This document shows positions 12,105 to 24,739 of a DNA stretch of 64,000 bases, in pieces; position 1 is the first letter of the stretch; each line of letters opens with the position of its first letter. This stretch comes from Vicugna vicugna (taxonomy: Eukaryota). Under the pieces are notes generated by a model. That model ran no database searches. It worked only from the letters and a program-made list of their open reading frames with translations, and was not told the origin of the DNA. The stretch spans positions 5,471,779 to 5,535,778 of the forward strand of contig MU058198.1 in the NCBI GenBank assembly GCA_013265495.1. The letters are read 5' to 3'. The translations under genes were made by a program, and so were the position numbers.

Positions 12105-12755
12105 ATATATAAATTCCTGGGACAAGCCCCAGACCAATGAGATCACAATCTCTTGGAAACGGGGAACCAGGCATCAGTAAATTCTAAACCCTCACAGAAG
12201 GTGTGGTATATTTATACAATGGAATACTACTCAGCGATAAAAAGGATAAAATAATGCCATTTGCAGCAACGTGGATGGACCAGAGATCATCATTCTAATT
12301 ATGAAGTAAGCCAGAAAGAGAAAGAAAAATACTATACGATGTCACTTATATGTGGAATCTAAAAAAAAAAGAAAAATTTAAAAAGAAGACACTAATTAAC
12401 TTATCTACAAAACAGAAATGACTCACAGACATAGTAAACAATCTTATGGTTACCAGGGGGAAAAGAGGTGGGAAGGGATAAATTAGGAATTCAAGATTTG
12501 CAAATATTAACTACTATATATAAAACAGATACACAGGTTTCATCTATATAGCACAGGGAACTCTATTCAGTATCTTGTAGTAATCTATACTGAAAAAGAA
12601 TATGGAAAGGAATATATGTATGTATATATATGACTGAAGCATTATGTAGCACACCAGAAACTGACTCATTGTAACTGACTATACTTCAATTAAAAAAAAT
12701 TCTAAATCCTCTCCCAAGAGATTCCAAGGGGCAGCCCAGGTTGAGAACTACAGCT
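12105..12755. mobile_element. MER5A-like MITE split by an L1 insertion
   Basis: 'attcctggg...ccccagaccaatgagatcacaatctct...ccaggcatcagt' resumes after the L1 as 'cccaagagattcc...ggttgagaactac'. Confidence 0.7.
12194..12696 (+). mobile_element. Young 5'-truncated LINE-1, same subfamily as 2320-2850
   Basis: Colinear with 2320-2850; A-tail; 15-bp TSD AAATTCTAAA(C/T)CCTC at 12179-12193 and 12697-12711. Confidence 0.93.
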
Positions 12756-12799
12756 CAGAAGTTCAGGAGCTTTCTGTCCTCGATACCTTGCCTCCTCTG

Positions 12800-13112
12800 T
12801 CTCTGTCCCCAGTCCTTTGTCTGCTGGCTTCTTCTCATGGGTCAGATTTCGACTCAAACAACTCCTCTTCAATGAAGCCTTCCACAGACGCCTTATCTAA
12901 AGCTATCATTTGCCTTTCTCTTCCCCTAAAACTTATCACAATCTGTAATTCTCTTCACTACTCATATGTTTGTTTATTCTTTGTTCCCTTCACCAAAATG
13001 TTAGTCTCATGATGCCAAGAACCATGTCTGGTTGTATTGCCACCATACCCAGCACTTAATACAGTGTTTGACCTGTAGTCAGGGCTGAGCACATAGTTGA
13101 TGAATGAATGAA
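12800..13112 (+). mobile_element. L2 3' end
   Basis: Ends 'cagcacttaatacagtg...gttgatgaatgaatgaa'. Confidence 0.7.
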
Positions 13113-15135
13113 AAGTCAAGTAGACTTTCTAGTGTAAGGTGCCCAGAAGTTGTGACTTAGTTTCACACCTGTTCCCCAGAGTCACACTAAGTGAGGAAGG
13201 TCTGAGTCTTCAGACAGACGTTTCCCCTAAGGCTGTATCCCTATCCTTACTTCCCACTGTCTCTCCTTAATCCGTAGCGCCCTCTGTCTGGATTCTCCTA
13301 AGTCTTCCAACTCGGTGCCCACACCCTGCTCTCTTTGGAAGCCACACTCCTCCAAAAAGGAGGACAAAGTTTGTTCTTTTAGTGTTTCCACCTTCCTGTA
13401 TCTTGCACCCTTTGGAACCCTGTCATGCATCAAGGTCAACTCAAGGCTTCCATTTGCTGAATTTGGTAGTTCCAAACAAGGAGAGAGAGTGCTGGAGCCA
13501 ATGAGAAGGGGTTGTGGATGCTTCAGCTCTAATCCAGTCTCCTCCCAGCGGTAGATTTTCTCCCTTGGGAAGCTCGCATCCTCATCAAAACCAATATTCA
13601 TTTCTCCCAGAGCAATGCAGTAATAGTTTTACATGAGGAAATCATCTCTCTCCTGTTAGCATAACATGAACAAGTAACAATTGTCTTTTCTTTTCCTTCC
13701 CTAAGCTATAACCCCAGCATCACTGTCCTAAGGACCACTCATCCGTGGGACATCACTGCTCTTTCTTACCCTTCCAGGCAGAGAGGTGAGACACCCTGTA
13801 TCTCTCACCTGCAGCTTCTCTGTTCACCCTATCAACCCCGCATAGTCGTCCTTCTTGAATTTCCCCGTTCCCCCCTTTCCCAACATGAGAAAAATCATAT
13901 GCTTTAGTGAGATCTTTTCTCAGCAGAAACGACTGGCTCCTGCAAGAAGAAAATCACCTTCAGAGTATGAGCTGATAGCCATGAAGCCCCTAGCAGAGTA
14001 TCTGGTCCACCATAGGTGCTCAGTTTAAAAAAAAAAAGTGGTAGCTATTTTTACTGTTGCTGCCACTTCGGCTACCACGATGGCCGGTGTCCCTGGAACC
14101 TAGAAAAAGACTTCGTGCACATCAGTCATTTGATGAATGCTTGTTGGATACGTAAGTCAATTGAAGGATAAAGCAGGGGTTTCTCTTAAAATTGTTTTCC
14201 AGCTCCCTCACATTTCACAGATAAGAACCATGGCTCTGGTACTAGGACATCTCCCTAAACTGTGCCCCCGAGCTCTGAGCCCTGGCACTTGGCTGGTCGT
14301 TTCTCTGCAGCATTGCTGCTCAGCCATTTGAGCTCAGGGAGGCAAGCATTCAGTCCTATTGCCTAGAAGGATATTTTCACAAGCACACGGCCATTAAAAG
14401 AGGGCTCTGACATTTATTTGCGGAAATCAAATTGCTGGTATGGATAACTAAATGCTGACTCAGGACTCGCTATATCCCAAAAGGTCGATCCTTCTCAAGA
14501 TGGCATTTTTTGAGAATAAAGATAAGGCCCACCAGCATTCAGAGTTCCACGTGCACGGGCTCAGGATGGAGGAGAGTCATTCGGTCGTAGCCCGAGTGGA
14601 AAAGCAATGGTGTTTACACTGGAATAAGCTCATGGACCAAGATATTCTTTTCTGATTGAACAAATAAGATAAAATACATTTTTAGCAAATGCAGAGAGTT
14701 GGCCCAACTCACCCTTTAAAAAAGAGTTTCCATCTCCTTGGTTTTATTCTGACTTGGAAAGAAAAGTGATGTCAAATTGAGAGGGAAAATAGGTAATTGG
14801 TTTCATTAACTGAGGGGTTATCACGCAACAGGTATTGGGCCAGAAACATCGCGTTGATTATCTCAATGGTACTGACTTCTTTAGTGTGTTCAGAGACAGT
14901 GAACTGGGCAAAGCCCCTCCCCCCCCAAGAGGGCATTGAAAGCCGGGTTTGAAGCTCAGGTCTGCCTGACACCAGGAAGCCATCCTCTAGCCAGCTTCAC
15001 CCCAGTCCTTGGAGGGGATGAGCCTCTCTTTTACAGAGAAAAATTATGGGCATAGGAAGGTATCAGCCAGCGAGCCCTGGTTTACTGCATCACATGGCCC
15101 ATTTCATAAAATGAGCCTTAGCCAGGAATGGCAGC

Positions 15136-15314
15136 AGGAGGGAAAAAGAAAAGAGAAGAAAAGAAGGAAGGAAGGAAGGAAGGATGAAAGGAGGAAAGAA
15201 GGAAGGAAGGAAGGAAGGAAGAAAGGAAGGAAGGAAGGGAGGAAGGAAGGAAGGGAGGGAAGGAAGGAAGGAAGGAAGGAAAGAAAGAAAAAAGAAAGAA
15301 AGGAAGAAAGAAAA
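15136..15314 (+). repeat. (GGAA)n/(GAAA)n polypurine tract
   Basis: About 179 nt of purines interrupted by a single T. Confidence 0.97.
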
Positions 15315-16251
15315 CAAACTGCAGTACTTGTTCTCCTTCAATGGCTCAAGAACTAGAAATGAGATCAAGAACCTTTTGACACCCCCACCCCGACTCATGT
15401 AGCTATTGTTGACCACAACTAGAGAAAGCTCCTGCAGAAGTAGAATAAAAACCAACATTAAGTTATGCGGAGATTTAAAAGCTCCTAAGGATCAATAAGA
15501 AAAAAAAGTCTCATGTATCTACTAGGCATTTGTATTTCTCATTAATTCAACAAGATTTATTGTTTCCTATTCTGTGCCTACTCTAGGTATTTGGAACTTA
15601 TCTGTAAATAAAATAGATTAAAACATTATATCCTTAGGAAGCTTGCACTCCAGCATAGGGATATAGACAGTCAAAACATAAATAAATGCAATTATATACT
15701 ATGATAGAAAGTGATACCAAATACGTAAAAAGAAGGGAATAAAGGGTGTTAACAGGGGAGGGAGACAATACTTCAGCAAATAATTGAAGGTGGTGAGGGA
15801 ACAAGCTGTGCAGACAGCTGGGGAAAGAGTGTTCCGGTTAGAAACATCAAGTGCAAAGGCCCTAAGGCAGAAACATGATGGGATAGAATGAAGAATATTG
15901 AGGATATTCTGTGTTGCTGTAAATGTAGAGTAAACGAAGTAAAAAAGGACAGAAGATGACATTCAATAGCTCAAGAGGACAAAATTATGCAGTCGTAGAA
16001 AGCTGTTATGAGCGTTTCCGGTTTTACTGAGTGAAACAGTGAGCGACTGGTGGATTTTGAGTAGAGGAGTGATCATGATCTGATTTATGTCAACAACTCA
16101 GTAGGAGACCGTACGGATGATCGGAGCATACTGGGGAGAGGTGCTGGGGCCTGGAGCACGGTGTCGTCAGCAGAGGTGGTAAGAAGTGGTCAGCTTCTGA
16201 GCAGGTGTCGAAGGTAGAACCAATGGGATTCCCTGATGGTTTGTAAGTGGA

Positions 16252-16300
16252 GTGTGTGTGTGTGTGTGTGTGAGAGAGAAGAGAGAGAGAGAGAGAGAGA
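16252..16300 (+). repeat. (TG)n(AG)n compound microsatellite
   Basis: Direct reading. Confidence 0.95.
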
Positions 16301-16563
16301 AATTTTCCCTCACTCTCAGGGCCTATTGTGTCTTTGAATATTACTTCATGATAGAATGAAGCCACCATGTTCAGCAAGATATGTAGACATTAATCATCTG
16401 AAATATGAATACATAACTGTAATTGTTTTCAGTAAGTTTTGCTCATAAGATATTTAATCCTGTTCTTTAAAACCTTTTGCAAAATTTAGTGATAGGAGTT
16501 TCTGAATATAAGAGTCCAGAACTACATGTGTAAAATTCATATATATATGATATATAAGAATTC

Positions 16564-16581
16564 ATCTATCTATCATCTATC

Positions 16582-16625
<44 letters not shown>

Positions 16626-16632
16626 GTCTGTC
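16564..16632 (+). repeat. (TCTA)n microsatellite
   Basis: Direct reading. Confidence 0.95.
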
Positions 16633-16879
16633 TCTATATATGAGAATTTCTCAAAATCTTGGTCTGAGATGCTGGAGAAATGGATTGCCATTAACTGAGA
16701 TGAAGATGATCATAGGTCAAGCATTTTTAGGGGGAAAATCAAGAGGTCTGGTTTGGACATGTTAAGCTTAAGATTCCTACTCAGTGTCTAGGTGGACAGG
16801 TTGAGTGTGCATTTAGGTACATGAATCTGAGTTCAGCAGACAAGTCTGAACACACCAGGAATCCAGGGATCTCTCTCCT

Positions 16880-17945
16880 TTTTTTCCTGTCCTGTGGCTT
16901 TAAATAACATTTATGTCCTGTTGAAGCCACAGTCTACAGCTCTAGATCAGAACGTGTGTATGGCTCTAGATTTCATATATTCAATGATGAGATAACATCT
17001 ATCTGGATACCAACTGTCATGGTCAAGGAGAACTCTTCATTTTTGCCTCAAATCTAACTATTTGTTCAGCCTCCCCAGCTCTTGAAATGATACCACCAAC
17101 TCGCTAGGGTTTCCAAACCTAAAACTTCAGAATCCTTTCCATCTCCCCTGTCTTCCTCTTCATACCCAATCCATCACTGATTTCATCTCATGCTACCTCC
17201 AAAATACACACCAAAATTGCCCAACTTTCTCTATCTCCCCTGCACCCTCCTAGTCCAAACAGCTCTCTCTAACCTAGAATACTACAGTCATCTCCTGATT
17301 TCTCTACTGTTTTTTTTCCTCTGTTGCACCACCTACAACCTATCCTTCACACAACTACCACCACGCTCCTCTAGAACCACAAGCATGCACCCTCACACCT
17401 CGTGAAATAAAATCTTTCACTGGCTCCCATGGATTTAGAACACATGCAGTCTCCTTATCATGGTCTGAAAAACACTACCTGCACATGTCCTGCCTACCTC
17501 CCCAACCTAAATTCAATCCCCATTAGGTTCCAGACACAGAGGAGGTCTCCTGCTGCATCAGATCACTGAGCTCCATCCAGTCTTAAGAACTCACGTAGGC
17601 TATTCTCCTCACCCAGGAATCTTCTACCCAAAGATCTCTGTTTGACTTTATTTCTTCTCATTATTCAGGCTTCAGCTGGACGTCCTCTTCAGAATGTCTT
17701 CTCTATTTGATCCAGTGCTAACCTACCCCCTTCATAGTGATCTACAGCATCTTTTCCTTCATAGAATTTATCACTAACTCAAAATGAGCCTATTTAATTT
17801 TTAACCAGCTTGTATGTTATCAGTCCTCCCCAAATGAGTATGAATTCCATGAGAGCTGTTTTGTCCAGCACTGTGTTCTCAGGTCCTAATTTAGCGCTTG
17901 GCACACATGAGGCATGGCAGAAATGCCTAGTCAATGAGTGAACTT
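16880..17945 (+). mobile_element. L2 3' region
   Basis: 'ggctttaaataacatttatg', 'cactggctccca', end 'ttggcacacatgagg...caatgagtgaa'. Confidence 0.7.
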
Positions 17946-18589
17946 TTTTTTTTCAATTTGGATATTATTGGCACGTATGAAAGATCTACCCAGATCATGT
18001 AGTTGTGGGAGAGGTTCTTCTGGGAAGTGAGAGTTCACGTGATAGATTGTCTTCAAAACTATATTCATACCATCTCTTCAACTAAAGAAAACCTAGATGG
18101 TGACTCTGTTAAGAACGTCACCCAGTGGTCGCTAACTATAACTCATGGGCCAGTGTCAGAAAGGGTCTATCCAAAAGTTCGACCTGTTTACAGCTTCTCT
18201 AAATTTGTGTTTAAAGCACAGTCTTTAAAGTGATGGCAAATACCACTAGACCAGATGGAGCAAGCTCCTAACAAAACATTAAAACTACACTTCTTATTTT
18301 GAGGCCATCATGGATACACGCAGTTGTAAGATATAACAGAGATTCTGTGTCCCTTCTACTGAGTTTCCATCAACATTAACACATTGCAAAACTGTCGCAC
18401 AATATCACAATACGGTACTGGCATTGACACGGTCCAGTTTCCTGGCATGTGTTGAAATACGGAATAGTTCTTTATTCTTGCTTCCTATTGCAACACTTCC
18501 TGACTCTGAGCTCATATGTAATTGTGACTAACACATTAAGGCATTTCACCTTTCAAGAATAATTGTGTGTTGAGAGGTTACTGAAAGCC

Positions 18590-19330
18590 AAAATACAATA
18601 AATTCTATGAAAAGGTGCACAGTCTCATTACTACCCAGAGAAATGCATACCAAAACAACAGTGAGATCCCACTTTTCATCAGTCAGGTTAATCAAAGTCA
18701 GAAAAGACTGATAATATCCAGGACTCGTGGGGGTGGGGGTGGGGAGCAGGCATTCCCATATTCCTGCTGGGGGCCTTAATTGCTCTTTGGGAATTAATCT
18801 AACAATAGCTATCATTATAAAAATGCATATAGCCTTTGACGTAGTAATCTCAAATAAGGATAATCAATTTCGCAGAAATAAAAGTAACTACCAAAACAGA
18901 AGCATGTTTACGGCAGCACTGTTTACTGTCAAGCACGCACACACAAATACCCTGGACACATCCTAAATGTCAACCAGTAGAAGAATGGTTGAATTCATGA
19001 TGTAAAACCAAACTGTGACATATTATGCAGTTATTTTAAAAGCTGTGTTGATCTAATCACATAGCTGCAGGAATTTCTGGTGTGATAAGTGAAAAAAAGG
19101 AAGCTGTAGGGTAGTGTACATAATATGATCCAAGTTTAGCGAAACAGTTTCTACAAATGTGTTCATGTTTGTACATGTTTTATGGGCTTGATTCAAGCTG
19201 TGGTAAGACATAAAACAGCCAGTGTTGTTTTCTCAAGGGGTCGGAGGAGAAGTTGGAAAGAATGAGGGAAGAAATTATTGACTTCTTTTTTAAACCCTCT
19301 GAATCGTTTGTCTAGTTACAACAGATATAC
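18590..19330 (+). mobile_element. Old L1 (L1ME-like) ORF2 end and 3'UTR
   Basis: 'aaatgcataccaaaacaacagtgagat...gataatatcc...gatgtttacggcagcactgttt'-type ORF2-end motifs. Confidence 0.7.
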
Positions 19331-19530
19331 AATCTTTTCTAACATTTACAAGAAAATAAGCAGGAGAGAAGAAAAAGAACAAAAGATCAAAGATGGTCTT
19401 TAAGCCCAAAGAATGAATCATGACGGTGGAATCTGAGACAATGACCAGAGTCTCTGTGCCCGGGGAGAGGGGGAAGGAGAGGAGAGATGCCACCCTTTGG
19501 TCTGGGGTCTGGGAATCTGCCTTCACCTCC

Positions 19531-20618
19531 CCAAATCCTGCTTTGTGGGCCAAGGGAAAGTAGCAAGACCAAAAGCGTGCCAATTGGAACTGAAATGAGA
19601 GGCAAGCAGCTCATTAAATGGGCCGAGGTAATTGATTTCCAAGGAAGCAGGTGCCTTTCTTGTGGAGGCAACTGCACAGGTGTTCAGGCTGCCCAGGAAA
19701 CCTGGGCACTGACTTTGCAAGGGGTGCTTTGATGCCTGGCTCCCTCTTAGACCAAGAAGGAGGCATCAGGCATCAGGCTTGGCTTCATTTCCTCCACCGA
19801 CCCCTGAGAAGCCTATTCCCGCAAACCAGCAGGGACACACTCTGCCAAACTGGGCCACCACCTCTGGGCCAGGTTACTTTCTTGGGAATCTTAGGGCGAG
19901 ACGTTCCAAGCAGCGCCTTGTGCAGGAACTGAAGAAAAAAGACTGAAAACATCACCTGACCCTTGAGGTGACAAGACTAGGCCAAATGCAGCTCTAAAAG
20001 CCCCTGACTTGCGGGGGGCCACTCATGACCTGAGGACTGCCGAGCACAGAGGTTGGGCCTAAACTCCCACAGTGCAGGGCGTCAGGCTCTGAGGTTGATC
20101 TCTCAAGGACAATCTCTGTCCCGCCACCCCGTTGAGACCAAATCCTGCTTTGTGGGCCAAGGGAAAGTAGCAAGACCAAAAGCGTGTCAATTGGAACTGA
20201 AATGAGAGGCAAGCAGCTCATTAAATGGGCCAAGGTAATTGATTTCCAAGGAAGCAGGTGCCTTTCTTGTGGAGGCAACTGCACAGGTGTTCAGGCTGCC
20301 CAGGAAACCTGGGCACTGACTTTGCAAGGGGTGCTTTGATGCCTGGCTCCCTCTTAGACCAGGAAGGAGGCATCAGGTATCAGGCTTGGCTTCACTTCCT
20401 CCACCGACCCCTGAGAAGCCTATTCCCGCAAACCAGCAGGGACACACTCTGCCAAACTGGGCCACCGCCTCTGGGCCAGGTTACTTTCTTGGGAATCTTA
20501 GGGCGGGACGTTCCAAGCAGCGCCTTGTGCAGGAACTGAAGAAAAAGGACTGAAAACATCACCTGACCCTTGAGGTGACAAGACTCTAGGCCAAATGCAG
20601 CTCTAAAAGCCCCTGACT
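19531..20618 (+). repeat. Direct duplication: 19531-20009 and 20138-20618 with a 128-bp spacer
   Basis: Manual alignment gives 8 substitutions and one 2-bp indel over about 480 bp. Confidence 0.97.
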
Positions 20619-21384
20619 GTACAGGTACAAATGTGCAGAATAATGAGACCTCTTTTAAAAAAAAAGCCACACCCAAGGATTTGAGAAGCTGAGTGCCCAG
20701 CTGGAAATGCCTGCCTACACAGACAATTAAACTGGATTTATTTCACACTGCAAGTCTACCCCCAAGAACTGTGCTCCCACCCAGTTCTGCTAAATCAAGT
20801 GGTATTCTCTGGGCAGAGGTGTTTTCTCACCACCCATATGGCTCCTAGGGCAAAGGAGGGAGCTGCTTAATCTCTATATGCCTCAGTTTCCCACATCATA
20901 ATAGCCCCTGCCCCACAGGATTGCTGTTTAAGAGTGAAATGTGTTAAGAGTCGGACAGCACTTAGAACCGGGTCCAGCACTCTGTAAACTCTTGCTGCCA
21001 TTCGTAGAACTAGTAGTAAGATGTGATTGCTGATTTCCCTTACAGAGTGGCTTGTTCAAATGGGGACTCACCAGTGGTCCCCGTGTCGATGGCATCACAC
21101 TAGCAGGATTTAACAGTCACTGTTCGTGTGGGCTATGCCAGGCACTCTGTGACCTGTCTTCATCCTCATCCTTCATCCTGTGAGGTAAAAACTATGCTCA
21201 GCTTCCTATTTTTTTTTTTCTGAGCATCAAAGCATCTCACTGAATTGGGTCTTACTACCCAAGGCTTCCCAGGAGCAAAGCTGAGCATCTCACCCTGACC
21301 TGGCCAACTCCCGATGCTCAGCCCCTCCCCACCATGCACGCACTGCAGGGGCAGGCCAGCACCAGCCCACATACAGCGGCTCTC

Positions 21385-21535
21385 ACAGCTGGCTGGCTTC
21401 ACCACATTTCTGCATCCTACCCGCAACACATACTGAATCAGAATCTCAAGAGCGGGCCCACAAATACGTATTTTTGACAACCTTCTTGAGAAACTCCTAT
21501 GTAATCAGCCCAGTGCTTGAGTTTAAGAACTATCC
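21385..21535. mobile_element. MER5A-like MITE
   Basis: 'actgaatcagaatctc...gggcccac...tttttgacaac...gtttaagaacta'. Confidence 0.65.
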
Positions 21536-22260
21536 TCAAACAGGGTTGCCTCTAAGGAATCAAATTCCCTTACCTAGACCCTTTCATCTGACTTCAGCTA
21601 TCCTAAGCTAGGTCCACATCCCTACAACAAAAGCTTTCTCGCAGCCTGCGTCTTACTTTAAACGTTTTGAGTCCCAAACTTTCCCGATGCCAGGAAAGCC
21701 TTTTCTCTCCTCCTGCTCTTCCCACTTCTGTATTCACTTCTGTATTCAGTCTCCACAGAAGCCACAGACTGCCTCATCTATTAAATGACCTACCGTTATG
21801 AACAATGGAAAGATAAATCTGTTTCATTCAATGGAAACATTTACCCAATGAGTCTGAGTCATCAAAGCCTCAGAAATTTTGACACGTTCATTAATTTTGT
21901 TCAACTTTATTTGTTAATCATAAAAACCAGCGACTACACCAGCTCTGAAAGCTTTGCCTTTTACACGAAGATGTATTTGTTGGAAAGGAGTGCTGAAATG
22001 AGCGTTTCCTTCCACACAGGGATTCTTAAAGTCATTACACCAGGCAAAGTAAAAGAAGAGCTTGGGTGTGTATTATTCCATGAGAGCTGTATTTATTGAG
22101 CACCTGTCATGTGAAAGGCACTCCCCAGAGTCAAGCAAGAGACGCTGAAATAGATGTGAGTTCTGGTCTGAAGAAGCTTTCATCTGGGAGGAGAGATAAG
22201 CAGAATAAATGTATCACAAGGTGGGATGTGGGACGTGTCCTGAGACAGCAAGATGAACGC

Positions 22261-22781
22261 TGAGTATTTTCACCCTTCTAGAGTCTATTTCCCCTTCCTT
22301 GGGTAATACTATCTGAGTTTTGCTTTGCAGAACTACCCATAATCCACCACGGCTTCATATGGCATGGGAATGATTGGCTCTGCAATCCAGCTTCAGGGCG
22401 GGAGTCCATCACAGCTTTAGCCAATCAGAGTATTCCATTCCTCTGGCTGCCGTGATTGGTTCAGGAATGGGCACGTGACTCAGATGAGTCCAATGAGATT
22501 CAATCCTGGGATCCTGATGGAATAATATAAAAATAGCAGCTTTCGTTCTCCTGAAGTTGCTGAGCTGGGGAGCTATCCACCTGAAGTTGCCAGGTCCACC
22601 CAGAGAGATAAGCTTTCCCGAAAGTGAAGGCAACAAAATACAAAAGGCAGAGCCCAGATGACATTATTTGTGCTCCTGGATCCAGCTGTGCCTGAAGAAC
22701 AACAGTGTTGTATGTGGGGAACCTTGAGCCTCAGTTACTTGGAGTTCAGTTTCTGTCCCTTATAGCTGAGGACAGAATACA
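22261..22781 (+). mobile_element. MaLR solo LTR (MLT1K/L-like)
   Basis: 'ccaatcagagtattccatt...gtgattggttcaggaatgggcacgtgact'; ends '...aataca'. Confidence 0.7.
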
Positions 22782-24739
22782 GTGAGATATGGCTGAAATG
22801 TCGCCAGGGTTCAGAGGTTGCATCCAGGTTGGGGCATCAGAGAAACCACTGTTTCCTGAGGCAGTGGCTCCAGAGCAGGGGCACGATAGGGCTGGAGTTG
22901 GGTCTGTGTGAATTAGGGACATCGTTCGGTGCACACTTCATTGGATGTACCACAGCAGCAAGCCCCCACTATTAACCCCACCCCAGACCGTTTTAAACTC
23001 AATGAGGGCATATCTTCCAGAGAAGATTTTGGCATTGAGAATCCTGTCTTTTCCTTTCTCTCCCTTTTCACCAGGCAACTATGTACACAGTAGGTGCTTA
23101 ATGAGTGCTTCCTGAGTTATGTATCATGTTCTTGAGTAATAAGCTAAACTGAACCTCAGAAGACAAGTATCCAGTGGTTATCAAACCTAAGTTAGTTGAT
23201 AACAAAAAGAAAATGAGGATCTCCAATTCGATCCAGAATCAGCTGTGTTTCTTAATTCTCATAAAGATGCTTGCTTTAAGGTCCCCCGAATGACGGTGCC
23301 AGAACTCTCCTAGACTGCAGTTCTGGTGAGCAGTCTTTTTTCACCCATAATCTCTCTTATACCTTTATTGCTACGGTTCCTACCAATGGAAGGCATGTTC
23401 AAAGGCTCCCCAGTTCCATCTGGACTATGGAGCCACCCTGAACAGTGACTTTTGTTGTTGTTGTTCTGTGTATCTACATGTCTGTGTGTTTTCCAGTTTA
23501 ATTTACTGTTGTCTCATCCAAGCATAAACTCACAAGAAAGAGTCTAGTGGAAGTTGGAGCACAATAAATGGAAATTGGGCAGCGAGGCTGATAAAAAGCC
23601 AATCCTGGGATTACTGAGCAATAAAACATATATGTCAGTGGGGTTCATCAAAATCAGATCCTGGGCTTACCAAGCAATAAAATGCATGTGCCACCTTGAT
23701 CAGCATGGGCTCCTGAGAGCTGGTTTGCTGGTAAGGCTTTGCAGACCTAGACGGGGAGGGGAAATGGGATGAATAGGAGTTTGGGGTCTTAATCAAACTA
23801 TATTTATCCTGGGAGGAGCAAATCTTTTCTCGCTAAGAAGGGTCCACTGAGTTATGCCCATTTGCAGCTAGTTTCTTCAGAATGGGTTCCTGGAATGCCT
23901 ACCACTATCACCATCACCACCCTTCTACATAACTTGCTCTGATTTTTCTTGGTTAGGTATTCAAAATTATCTGGTTTAATTATTTGTTTGTTGGCTGTTC
24001 TAAGAGTGCAGAAAACGTGCCTGTCTGTTTCATCACCATATCCCCAGTGCCTAGAATGAGGTATGAGACCAGTCTATGACAGAGTAGATGCTCAATATAT
24101 GTGTATCAAGTGATTGACTAAATGAATGAGTGACTTATATTATGAAGAGACAACAGAGCTTGGAGTTACATTTAAGCTAGGTCTTGATTATGACATTAAT
24201 CCCCGTGAGACTTTGGGGGAAGTAAATTCATATATCTGCGACAATTTTATTACCCATAAAGTGAAAGGGTTAGATTATATTTGGATATCAGAGTGTCTTT
24301 CATTTTATAGCAGTTTACCTGTCTTAATCAACTGAAATCTCATGGAGAATTTGCATGTTTACGACACATAAAAAGGGGCTGCTCCACTTGAAGCCTGGGG
24401 TGAGAGGTTGGCTCTTAGCCACCACCATAAGACTACAGGGTTTCCAGAAAACAGTTTTCAAATTACTGAACAGATGTGATTCGTGAAATAATGGGGCATT
24501 CTACTTACTTAATGATTTGACAATACTCAAAGTGATGTCAATGAATGGGGTAGCATGGGATGCATGGAGCAGAAGCAAGTGAGAGACACAACCAGGGTTT
24601 GGTCCAGGGCTCCTCTGATCCAAAATCCCATGTGCTTTTCATCCATCAGTCCACCCACTCACCCATCTATGCATTTATTCACCCATTCATCTCACTCCCA
24701 TCTATCCATTTATCCATTCATGTATCAATTAATTTATTG

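Larger units (their letters stand above)
15540..16850 (-). mobile_element. L2 3' region, interrupted at about 16252-16640
   Basis: Starts 'attaattcaacaagatttattg'; contains 'gtgcaaaggccctaaggcag' and 'ttgccattaactgagatg'. Confidence 0.75.

Noticed and set aside
15009..15458. K/E/G/R-rich and PSFL-repeat ORFs
   Set aside because: Translations of the (GGAA)n microsatellite.
19651..20539. Two near-identical 93-aa ORFs
   Set aside because: A by-product of the DNA duplication; non-ATG start and no recognisable protein.
19531..20618. Miniature LTR retrotransposon (TRIM-like) reading of the A-X-A' structure
   Set aside because: No TG...CA termini, no target-site duplication, and no primer-binding site or polypurine tract in the spacer on either strand.
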